From positions 7,336 to 71,335 of the forward strand of contig DATBZG010000080.1 in assembly GCA_036513335.1 (NCBI GenBank): DNA of 64,000 bases, given 5' to 3'. Made by a program: the position numbers and the translations under genes. This DNA is from Solirubrobacteraceae bacterium. GTDB lineage: Bacteria > Actinomycetota > Thermoleophilia > Solirubrobacterales > Solirubrobacteraceae. Positions 1-7,389 of this stretch are shown in pieces; position 1 is the stretch's first letter; every line of letters starts with the position of its first letter. Below the pieces are notes generated by a model that saw only the letters and a program-made list of their open reading frames with translations, did no database searches and was not told the DNA's origin.

Positions 1-354
1 TCGCACCGAGCACCAGCAGCGACGACTTGACCGCGAACGGGGTTCTGGGCGAGGGCAACCTTTTGTCTTCTTGTCGCGGATCGAAGAGTCACTGACACGA
101 GCCTGCGGAGATCCGCAGGCTCGCTCAGGCGCGACAGTACGCCCGTCGCACGCACCTGCCTGTTACAAAAATGTGAGCGAGACATTCTGTTAACGGGAGG
201 TTCACAGCAGTCACAGAATTGCAACGGCTCGGTGACCGGCTGATGACAAGTCCACTCCATGCGCAGCGGCAGCATGGTGGCGCGCTTCGTCATGGGGGGC
301 AGGGGCGCGATGCGCCTCCAGAGCCGCCCGAACGAAGCCAAAGGAGAATCGGCC

Positions 355-2406
355 TTGCGTACCCGCAAGAAGGTCTTGGCGGCACTCGTCGCCGTGCTCG
401 CTCTTGGAGCGGCCACCCTCAGCATCTCGATGTCGAGTGCATCATCACCAGACGCAGGGCCGCTGCCCGCGGCGGCTACTCCGATTGAACACGTGGTCGT
501 GATCTTCCCTGAGAACATCTCGTTCGACCACTACTTCGGAACCTACCCCTACGCCTCGAACTCGGTTGGCGAGCCACAGTTCCATGCGCTCCCCGGGACC
601 CCGGGCGTGAACGGCCTGAGCAACGGGCTGCTGACGAACAACCCCAACGAGTACAACCCGAAACGGCTTGGTCCCGAAGAAGCGCTCACGTGCGACCAGA
701 ACCACAGCTACACGCCCGAGCAGGAAGCCTTTGACAACGGCTTGATGAACGACTTCGTCCAGAAGACGACGGGCAGCAGCTGCTCTGAAACAGGCGCGAT
801 CAACTCCTCGAAATACGGGCCCAAGGGCATCGTGATGGACTACTACGACGGCAACACCGTCACCGCGCTGTGGGACTATGCGCAGCACTACGCGCTGAAC
901 GACAACTCCTATGACAACCAGTTCGGTCCGTCATCGCCTGGCGCGATCAACCTCGTCAGCGGCGACACGGAAGGCGCGGAAACGCACGGCGGCACGAGCT
1001 CCTCGGTCGTCAACGGCGTCCTGCAGGGAGACGGCGAACCGTACTTCGACCAGTGCAGCAACGCCGGCAGCGCGCTCGGGGCAGAAGGTCTGCCGACGGG
1101 TGTGACGGTCTCGCTCACGGGCAAGAACATCGGCAACCTGATGAACGAAAAGGGCGTCACCTGGGGCTGGTTCCAGGGCGGCTTCACCCCGTCGGCCACG
1201 GAAAACTCAGCTCACGAAAAGCGAGCGGTGTGCGGCACGAGCCACAAGAACATCGGCGGCGCGAGCGTCACCGACTACGTGCAGCACCACGAGCCGTTCG
1301 AGTTCTACGAAAGCACCGCCAACCCCGATCACGTCTCGCCCAGCTCGGTGGAACAGGTCGGCTACAGCGACCCGGCGGGGACGAAACTGAACGAAGCAGT
1401 CAACCACCAGTACGACCTGTCGTGGTTCAACAAGGCGGTAGCGGAAGGCGACATGCCTCAGGTCTCTTTCCTGAAGCCGCCCGCGTATGAGAACGGGCAC
1501 GCCGGCAATTCCGACCCGCTCGACGAACAGCGTTTCCTGGTGGAAGAGATCAACGACATCGAGCAGTCGAAGTACTGGGCGAACACGGCGATCGTGATCG
1601 ACTACGACGACTCGGACGGATGGTATGACCACCAGCTGGGCCCGATCGTCGACCCATCGAACGACACCAGCGATCAGCTGAACGGCCCCGGCAAATGCGG
1701 GACGGTGACGGCTGAAGACCCCGAACACAAGGACCGTTGCGGCGTCGGACCGCGGCTGCCGCTGCTGGTGATCTCACCGTGGGCGCGTCGCAACTATGTC
1801 GACGGCACGTTCACCGTGCAGTCGTCGATTACGAAGTTCATCGAGGAAAACTGGAGCCTCGGCAAAATCGGCAGCGGCTCCGAGGACGCAGCGTCCGGCA
1901 CGCTGGACAACATGTTCGACTTCAACACAAGCGAACAGCGAGCGCCGGAGCTCCTGCTGAACGACGAAACGGGCGAGATCGAAAAGGAAATCCCCGCACC
2001 GGAAAAGGAAGGCAAAGAAGGGAAAGAAGGCAAGGAAGGACCGGCAGGCCCGGCGGGACCGGAAGGCAAAGCGGGACCGGCTGGACCGGAAGGAAAACCT
2101 GGCCCCGCGGGACCGGAAGGCAAAGAAGGGAAAGAAGGCCCGCAAGGACCTCCCGCGGAGCTGATCCTGTGCAAAGTGACCGGCAAAAACAAAAACGTCA
2201 AAGTCACCTGCACGGAGGAAGGCGTTTCAGCGAACACTGAGGCAGTCGTCTCGTTGGCGCGTGCCCACAAGGTGGTCGCGCACGGCCGCGGCAGGCTGGG
2301 GACGAAGATCGCCCTCAGGTACAAGGCCAACCTGAAGGGGCGCTACACGCTGTTCGTGGAGATCCCCGGTAAGAGCAGCATGTCGCGAGTGATACATCTG
2401 CCCTAG
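355..2406 (+). CDS. secreted phosphoesterase-family enzyme (phospholipase C / AcpA acid-phosphatase type) with C-terminal collagen-like tract and small beta-rich tail domain
   Basis: In ORF 259..2406. IEHVVVIFPENISFDHYFGTYPY, VSFLKPPAYENGHAGNSDPLDEQ and RLPLLVISPWAR are hallmarks of the phosphoesterase (PLC/AcpA) family. The start is placed at TTG 355, 8 nt after AAGGAG (341-346), giving the Sec-type signal MRTRKKVLAALVAVLALGAA. ATG 259 and ATG 310 are alternative starts. Confidence 0.85.
   Translation: MRTRKKVLAALVAVLALGAATLSISMSSASSPDAGPLPAAATPIEHVVVIFPENISFDHYFGTYPYASNSVGEPQFHALPGTPGVNGLSNGLLTNNPNEYNPKRLGPEEALTCDQNHSYTPEQEAFDNGLMNDFVQKTTGSSCSETGAINSSKYGPKGIVMDYYDGNTVTALWDYAQHYALNDNSYDNQFGPSSPGAINLVSGDTEGAETHGGTSSSVVNGVLQGDGEPYFDQCSNAGSALGAEGLPTGVTVSLTGKNIGNLMNEKGVTWGWFQGGFTPSATENSAHEKRAVCGTSHKNIGGASVTDYVQHHEPFEFYESTANPDHVSPSSVEQVGYSDPAGTKLNEAVNHQYDLSWFNKAVAEGDMPQVSFLKPPAYENGHAGNSDPLDEQRFLVEEINDIEQSKYWANTAIVIDYDDSDGWYDHQLGPIVDPSNDTSDQLNGPGKCGTVTAEDPEHKDRCGVGPRLPLLVISPWARRNYVDGTFTVQSSITKFIEENWSLGKIGSGSEDAASGTLDNMFDFNTSEQRAPELLLNDETGEIEKEIPAPEKEGKEGKEGKEGPAGPAGPEGKAGPAGPEGKPGPAGPEGKEGKEGPQGPPAELILCKVTGKNKNVKVTCTEEGVSANTEAVVSLARAHKVVAHGRGRLGTKIALRYKANLKGRYTLFVEIPGKSSMSRVIHLP
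2011..2154 (+). repeat. collagen-like Gly-X-Y repeat (16 consecutive triplets) inside the phosphoesterase gene
   Basis: The translation is GKE GKE GKE GPA GPA GPE GKA GPA GPE GKP GPA GPE GKE GKE GPQ GPP. The DNA is a degenerate 9-nt repeat (ggc aaa gaa / gga ccg gaa). Confidence 0.9.
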
Positions 2407-2446
2407 GAGCAGAGGAGCGGCGGCGAGTGGGACGCCGCACAAAGAC

Positions 2447-2480
2447 GCACCTCCCCGGGTATCGCGCCCCGGGGAGGTGC
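2447..2480. terminator. GC-rich hairpin between convergent genes (probable bidirectional intrinsic terminator)
   Basis: gcacctccccgg (2447-2458) pairs perfectly with ccggggaggtgc (2469-2480), giving a 12-bp stem and a 10-nt loop. It lies between the stops at 2406 (+) and 2506 (-). There is no clear U-tract. Confidence 0.55.
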
Positions 2481-2505
2481 AGTGCTCGTCGGTAAACCCT
2501 AAGTG

Positions 2506-3081
2506 CTAGACGGGCGAGCCGGCCGGCGGCGCGACGGGTGAGACCCGGCTAGCGGCTGAGCGCCGACGTTCGGGCCTGACACTCATCCACCAGTTGGCCA
2601 TCGGCAGGAGGAACAGCAGGCCTCCGAGCAGGATCAGCAGGATGCCAGCGAGGACCGCGATGCTCCCGATTTGCGCCCACCCCCAGGCGTTCAACAAAAG
2701 GCCCTTGAGCGTCTCGCCCATGAACAGGGTGGTGCGCTCACCGGCGAGCTTTTCGTTCTTCATGCCGCCGGCGATCCATTCGCCGCTCACCTGCGCGTAG
2801 GTCTTACCGCCTGAGATCTTGGTCATGTCGGGCCCGATCTGGTCTTCGGCGTAGGCCTTGGCCTGTGCGCCGGTGGTCACCTGCTGGCCCGCGTAGCGCT
2901 TCAGGTTCGGATACTCAGCGGGCTTGGGAAAGTAGATCTTCTGTGGCCCGAGCTGGTCGCGGACAACCTGATGGGAGTAACTGCCGCCCACGATCGCCAC
3001 GATCCCCAACGCGATCATCCCGGCGGCTGCGCCTGCGGCGATCGGAGTGAGGCTTGTGATTTTCTGCAGAAATGTGCGCAT
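2506..3081 (-). CDS. membrane protein of unknown function (N- and C-terminal TM helices around a soluble core)
   Basis: In ORF 2506..3180. ATG 3081 is preceded by GGAGG (complement of 3086-3090). Hydrophobic segments are IAAGAAAGMIALGIVAIVGG and IAVLAGILLILLGGLLFLL. No family recognised. Confidence 0.7.
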   Translation of the reverse strand: MRTFLQKITSLTPIAAGAAAGMIALGIVAIVGGSYSHQVVRDQLGPQKIYFPKPAEYPNLKRYAGQQVTTGAQAKAYAEDQIGPDMTKISGGKTYAQVSGEWIAGGMKNEKLAGERTTLFMGETLKGLLLNAWGWAQIGSIAVLAGILLILLGGLLFLLPMANWWMSVRPERRRSAASRVSPVAPPAGSPV

Positions 3082-3230
3082 GACGCCTCCCAGATGAAAG
3101 TTCCCTTGTCGCACACAGACTGATCTGAGACGGCCCTCGCACCATCCGCTCACGACCACACGCCTCTTGCGGGAAACCACTTAGAGAAGCGAGCCTCAGT
3201 CGCACGCCGGTCGGGACCGGCGAGGCCGCC

Positions 3231-3680
3231 TCACCCGGCGAGCGACCGGTCGCCGATCCAGTAGCGGGGCCCGGGGCCCAGGCGCTGAGCGCGGTCTTCC
3301 GGATTGGCAAGCTTGCAGCGGTCCAGCGACAGGCATCCGCAGCCAATGCAATCGGTCAGGCCTGCACGCAGGCGCTGCAGCTCGGCGATGCGCTCGTCGA
3401 TCCGCGCTGTCCATCCACTAGACAGTCGCGCCCAATCGCCGCGCGCGGGTGCGCGGTCCGGAGGCAGCTTGGCGAGCTCCGCGCCGATCTCCTCCAGCGT
3501 AAGGCCCACGCGCTGCGCGAACACAATGAAGGCGACCCGCCGCAGCACAGGACGGGCGAAGCGTCGATGGCCGGAGCCGGCGCGCTCGGAGGCGATCAGC
3601 CCGCGCTCCTCGTAGAAGCGCAGCGCGGACGTGGCAACCCCGCTGCGCCTCGCCACCTCGCCGATCGTCAGCGCATCCAC
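3231..3680 (-). CDS. soxR: SoxR, redox-sensing MerR-family [2Fe-2S] transcriptional activator
   Basis: MerR HTH (LTIGEVARRSGVATSALRFYEERGLI) plus the diagnostic C-terminal cluster CIGCGCLSLDRCKLANPED. The start is set at GTG 3680 so that the CDS does not run through the SoxR-box promoter. The ORF extends to ATG 3752. Confidence 0.9.
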   Translation of the reverse strand: MDALTIGEVARRSGVATSALRFYEERGLIASERAGSGHRRFARPVLRRVAFIVFAQRVGLTLEEIGAELAKLPPDRAPARGDWARLSSGWTARIDERIAELQRLRAGLTDCIGCGCLSLDRCKLANPEDRAQRLGPGPRYWIGDRSLAG

Positions 3681-3706
3681 ACCAGGAAGGAAAGCGCTTC
3701 CGGCCC

Positions 3707-3737
3707 TTGACTTCAAGTGCACTTGAAGTTGTAGCGT
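3707..3737 (+). promoter_or_regulatory. SoxR-box promoter: -35 TTGACT, 19-nt spacer carrying a perfect 20-bp palindrome, -10 TAGCGT
   Basis: ACTTCAAGTGCACTTGAAGT (3710-3729) is a perfect palindrome with the TCAAGT..ACTTGA core of the E. coli soxS SoxR site. The 19-nt spacing is the MerR-family signature. It is oriented toward the CDS at 3766. Confidence 0.75.
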
Positions 3738-3765
3738 CACTGGAAAGCGCAATCAGGAGGCGACG

Positions 3766-4140
3766 ATGACCAGCACGGACACGAAGACGGCGAGCGAGCG
3801 CATCACCGAGGAGGTGTGCTCGTGGCCGGGCGTCTCCGCGGGACCGGGCCGCCGCGGCGAGTTTGCGTTCAAGGTCGGCCACCGCGAGATCGGCCATCTG
3901 CACGGCGACCACGCAGCGCACTACTTCTTCCCGCAGGAGGAGTGGGCGGCGCTGAAAGAGGAAGGACGGATCGTGCCACACCCGGTGTTCCCCGATCGGC
4001 GCGGCCCCGCCGCGCGACGGATCGAGGACGAGGCCGACATCGCTGACGCGATCGCGCTCATGCGCATGAACTACGACCGCATCCTCGCCGGCCACGGTCT
4101 GCCCGCAGAGCCCAGCGCCGGTCCCCCGCTTCCGGCTTAG
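3766..4140 (+). CDS. small conserved protein of unknown function, predicted SoxR target (possibly the luciferase-like/DUF5519-type family; family recalled from memory)
   Basis: AGGAGG lies 6 nt upstream of the ATG. The 124-aa protein contains GHREIGHLHGDHAAHYFFP. It is the only gene downstream of the SoxR-box promoter. Confidence 0.7.
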   Translation: MTSTDTKTASERITEEVCSWPGVSAGPGRRGEFAFKVGHREIGHLHGDHAAHYFFPQEEWAALKEEGRIVPHPVFPDRRGPAARRIEDEADIADAIALMRMNYDRILAGHGLPAEPSAGPPLPA

Positions 4141-4877
4141 CGGTTCTTAGGCCCCTCGACGCGCCGCAGCCGCACGCCGCCCAACTCGATCGACTCTCCC
4201 CCACCCGGCAGCTCGTGCGGGAGCTCGACGGCGATCTCGACGATGCCTTCACCACTCTGCTCTGCGGCCGCCTCGAACCGCACCTCGCCGCCATCCAGGC
4301 GCAACACCGGCCCTGAGTCCACGGCAACACCCAACACCTCACCCCAGCGCGCAGCGACCGCCTCCGGGTCGCCCACCGCCACGGTGATCCCCACGAGTCG
4401 CCCCGCCGCGCCGGTGCCGGTGTGGCCGATCCACTCGGGGCCGCCCCAGCGCCAGCTGCCGTACGGTCGCGACTGGTCCAGCGAGACGATCGCGCCGCGC
4501 ATGTCCGCCGGGTGCAGATGCGTCCCCGAGATGTCCGGCAGATCGAGCTGCCAGACGACGCGGACGCCCAACCCGAGCGCGCGCGAGCGCGCTCCCTCGA
4601 GATCTTGCAGGTCGAAGATCGCCATGTAGCCGCCGTCGCCGCCATGGCGCTCCAGGTGACGGCTCGCGGCGGTGCCCGGCTGGTTCGGTGAGATGACCTC
4701 CAGGAAGCAGTCGCCCAGCGCGAACACAGTGTTCTGCAGGCCGAACTCCCCCACCCCCGGATCGCGGAACGGCTCGCCGAGCCCGAGTGCCGAGCGCAAC
4801 GCGTCCGCGACGGGCTCGAGCTCCTCGGCGACCAGCACCGCCTGACGCAGGCGCACGTGTGATCCCCCTGCACTCAT
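4137..4877 (-). CDS. VOC-superfamily protein (glyoxalase-like domain)
   Basis: 246-aa ORF. LRQAVLVAEELEPVADALRSALGLGEPFRDPGVGEFGLQNTVFALGDCFLEVISP is typical of glyoxalase-like domain proteins. Confidence 0.7.
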   Translation of the reverse strand: MSAGGSHVRLRQAVLVAEELEPVADALRSALGLGEPFRDPGVGEFGLQNTVFALGDCFLEVISPNQPGTAASRHLERHGGDGGYMAIFDLQDLEGARSRALGLGVRVVWQLDLPDISGTHLHPADMRGAIVSLDQSRPYGSWRWGGPEWIGHTGTGAAGRLVGITVAVGDPEAVAARWGEVLGVAVDSGPVLRLDGGEVRFEAAAEQSGEGIVEIAVELPHELPGGGESIELGGVRLRRVEGPKNR

Positions 4878-5036
4878 TCGAGCAGCCTACCCGGCCCTCC
4901 TACGTTCTTCCTACGAGGCTCTTATCGAATTGCTGCGCGCCTGCCCGATGCTCATGCGACCGACCAGAGCAACCAGAGCAGCCGCATCTGAGCGCCGCCG
5001 CGGCCCCCTCCGCGGCGGCGCTCACCTCCCGATCCG

Positions 5037-6218
5037 ATGCCCAAATACAGAGAGCGCCCCTCGCTGAACATCTTCCTCGGCCTGCTTGGCATCGGCGCGG
5101 TCGTCGTCGCGTACACGAGCGTCGGCAAGGCCTCCCAGACCGCCGCCTCGAGCCGACGGACCGCCACGGTCGCAAGGGGAGTGGTCCAGTCGACGGTGTC
5201 CGGCAGCGGCAACCTGGCGGCCTCCAGCGAACTGGACGTGGGATTCAAGACGGCGGGCGTCGTCACGCACGTCTACGTCAAGCAGGGCGAGCATGTGCTC
5301 AGTGGCCAGCTGCTGGCCACGCTTGACCCGGAGAGCGCCGAAGTGACCCTGGAACAGGCCAAGGCGAGCCTCGAGTCCGCGCAGGCGAGCCTCGTCCAGG
5401 AGGAGGAAGACGACGGTGAAGCCTCCACCTCCACCTCGAGCTCGAGCGAAGCCACGCGCGAAGCGAACGTCGCCTCTGCGAAAGCGACCGTGAGGAGCGA
5501 TGCGCTGACGGTGAAAGACGATGAGGAGGCCGTGCAGGACACGAAGCTGTACGCACCCGAGGACGGAACGATCGTGACGCTCTCGGGCGAGGTCGGTGAA
5601 ACCGTCTCTGCCACTTCTGGATCCTCCTTCGCGGTACTCAGCGACCTCTCCTCGATGAAGCTCGTCGTTTCCCTCAGCGAATCTGAAATCGGCGAGGTCA
5701 AAGACGGTCAACCGGCAACGGTCACCGTGGAAGCGCTCAGCGGAGCGAAGCTGGCTGCTCGCGTTTCGGAAGTCTCGATGCTCTCCACCAGCAGCAGCGA
5801 AGCCGTCAGCTACGACGTCACCTTCCTCCTCGAGCAGATGCGCCCGGGCCTGAAGGCCGGCATGAGCGCCGTGGCGGAAGTGGTGGTCGAACAGGCGGAA
5901 GGCGTCAACGTCCCGACGAGCGCGATCAGCGGCGAGACGGTGACGGTCTTGCGCGCCGGCAGAGATGTCAGTCAGGCGATCACGAAGGGACTAGCAGGCA
6001 ACACCACGACGATCGTCCTGAGCGGACTGAAAGCCGGAGAGACGGTCGTCCTGCCGGAAGCACAGTCGACCAGCTCATCGAGCGCCTCCTCCTCCTCCAA
6101 GTCGGCCGCTGCGACCAGTAGCGGCACGCTTGGCGGTAGCGCCGCGGGCGGCCTGGGCGCGGCTGCAGGCGGCGGACTGCCCACAGGCGCAGGCCCGGGC
6201 GGCGGAGGCCCGCCGTGA
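5037..6218 (+). CDS. efflux-transporter periplasmic adaptor (HlyD/MacA-type membrane fusion protein) with Ser/Gly/Ala/Pro-rich C-terminal tail
   Basis: N-terminal TM helix, lipoyl-like hairpin (GVVTHVYVKQGEHVLSGQLLATLDP), coiled-coil segment and beta-barrel (VSYDVTFLLEQ...GMSAVAEVVV). The tail is SSSSASSSSKSAAATSSG...GGGPP. Confidence 0.85.
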   Translation: MPKYRERPSLNIFLGLLGIGAVVVAYTSVGKASQTAASSRRTATVARGVVQSTVSGSGNLAASSELDVGFKTAGVVTHVYVKQGEHVLSGQLLATLDPESAEVTLEQAKASLESAQASLVQEEEDDGEASTSTSSSSEATREANVASAKATVRSDALTVKDDEEAVQDTKLYAPEDGTIVTLSGEVGETVSATSGSSFAVLSDLSSMKLVVSLSESEIGEVKDGQPATVTVEALSGAKLAARVSEVSMLSTSSSEAVSYDVTFLLEQMRPGLKAGMSAVAEVVVEQAEGVNVPTSAISGETVTVLRAGRDVSQAITKGLAGNTTTIVLSGLKAGETVVLPEAQSTSSSSASSSSKSAAATSSGTLGGSAAGGLGAAAGGGLPTGAGPGGGGPP

Positions 6219-6345
6219 CGTCGGTGGCGCCAGATGAGACCCACGGTCACCTCGCCGAGAGCGAGGGCGAGGCCCCGCCCGGCTTGGAGCTGGCCCCGCG
6301 CCCGCGCAGCCGCCTGATCGGGTGAAAGGCAGCGAGGGGAGCACC

Positions 6346-6528
6346 GTGAAGGTAGCCACCTCAGCGGCCACGACCGTCACGAAGACGGTGAAAGCAAAGG
6401 TGAAAGCGATTCACCCAGGCGAAACGGTGACGATCACGGGCAGCACCGGCTCGAAGGGATCGGTCACCGCTGAATCGATCAGCGTGGGGTCGGGCGCGGT
6501 CGGCGGCGGCTCGCTTGGCGTGGGGTAG
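6346..6528 (+). CDS. hypothetical small Thr/Val/Gly-rich protein
   Basis: GTG 6346 lies 6 nt after GAGGGGAG. The translation is VKVATSAATTVTKTVKAKVKAIHPGETVTITGSTGSKGSVTAESISVG. Coding status is uncertain. Confidence 0.3.
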   Translation: MKVATSAATTVTKTVKAKVKAIHPGETVTITGSTGSKGSVTAESISVGSGAVGGGSLGVG

Positions 6529-6539
6529 CGGTTTCGCCT

Positions 6540-7058
6540 TCAGCTGAGCGCAGCGTCGAGCCTCCGAGCGAATGCGACTGGTTCAATCGCCGGATATCGG
6601 TAGAGGTCGCCCTCGATTGCCGAGTACAACTCACGCAAGAGTGCTGCATCCACGAGTCCGGACTCGAGCATGCTCTGAACGTCCGCGAGGTCCTGCTCGA
6701 AGCCACGCTCGATCTTCGAAAGCGCCTGCGAGTAGAAGTCGAAGTGATGAACCGAGATCCGGCCCTCGCGAAATACCAGTGGGCTCCGCTCGCGCCATTC
6801 GGGAAGCTCGGGGATGAAATCGGGCGGCGACGCAAGCTCGACGTTGATGCCGAGGCGCTCCTTGAGCAGCGGAATCGCTCGCAGCAGCTCGTCGGATTCT
6901 GGTTCGAAGCGGAGATCGACGTCGATGGTCGTCTCGCGCCATCCCTCCATCACCGCACTCGAGCCTCCGGTCAGGTAGATCCGAACGGGTCCACTGGCTG
7001 CGTGAGCGAGCCCCGTTGCCAGGCTGCGTAGCCGCTGCTCGTCAACCGGCGGACGCAT
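6540..7058 (-). CDS. minimal nucleotidyltransferase-fold protein (DUF6036-like; family recalled from memory)
   Basis: The Pol-beta-type NTase signature is present: YLTGGSSAV (the G-S motif) followed by TIDVDL (DxD). ATG 7058 is the only in-frame start upstream of these motifs apart from ATG 7169. Confidence 0.65.
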   Translation of the reverse strand: MRPPVDEQRLRSLATGLAHAASGPVRIYLTGGSSAVMEGWRETTIDVDLRFEPESDELLRAIPLLKERLGINVELASPPDFIPELPEWRERSPLVFREGRISVHHFDFYSQALSKIERGFEQDLADVQSMLESGLVDAALLRELYSAIEGDLYRYPAIEPVAFARRLDAALS

Positions 7059-7353
7059 GCTCCGCCGCGCGCGCGAAGCTGACGATCCGGCCAACCAGTG
7101 CGTTGTAGCGGCTGTGCGCCCCTGGGTCCGCCTCGGTGAGCAGCTCGTAGAGGCGATGAGACGGAGCATCTCCCAGGTTGAGCGGTACCTCGACCCCCAC
7201 AGATCGCAGACGCGGAGCGGCCATGCTCACCACCAGCGATGCCTCGCTCTCGCGACCGGCAGATAGATCGTCCAGACCGGTGCTGACGAGCTCATATCCG
7301 GGCAGTCGACTCCACGCACGTGTCATGGCCTCAATGGTAGGCCGCAGTCGCAA
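7042..7353 (-). CDS. small hypothetical protein, partner of the nucleotidyltransferase-fold gene
   Basis: 103-aa ORF whose stop (7042-7044) overlaps the downstream start (7058) by 17 nt. No family recognised. An alternative start is ATG 7326. Confidence 0.5.
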   Translation of the reverse strand: MRLRPTIEAMTRAWSRLPGYELVSTGLDDLSAGRESEASLVVSMAAPRLRSVGVEVPLNLGDAPSHRLYELLTEADPGAHSRYNALVGRIVSFARAAEHASAG

Positions 7354-7389
7354 ACTGAGCCCCGACGGGGGCCGCGGAAGAGAGGCGCG

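Noticed and set aside
101-124. The perfect palindrome gagcctgcgga-ga-tccgcaggctc near the window start, possibly a terminator of a + strand gene ending near position 93.
   Set aside because: Only ~90 nt of the putative upstream gene are visible, with no family evidence, and there is no U-tract. It is too little to call either a CDS or a terminator with confidence.
199-220. A possible PhoP (PHO-box) site upstream of the phosphoesterase gene (GGTTCACAGCAGTCACAGAATT).
   Set aside because: It is a TCACAG direct repeat with a 9-nt period. It is not the 11-nt GTTCACC-type unit of actinobacterial PHO boxes, and most consensus positions mismatch. Phosphate control remains plausible but is not supported by this motif.
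2011-2154. Short tandem repeats considered as a CRISPR array or minisatellite. This covers the 9-nt collagen repeat here, the heptamers at 25681-25703, and the Ser/Gly/Ala-rich runs at 6060-6218.
   Set aside because: All are in-frame coding low-complexity sequence or very short repeats. There is no repeat-spacer periodicity of 25-40 nt anywhere in the window and no cas genes.
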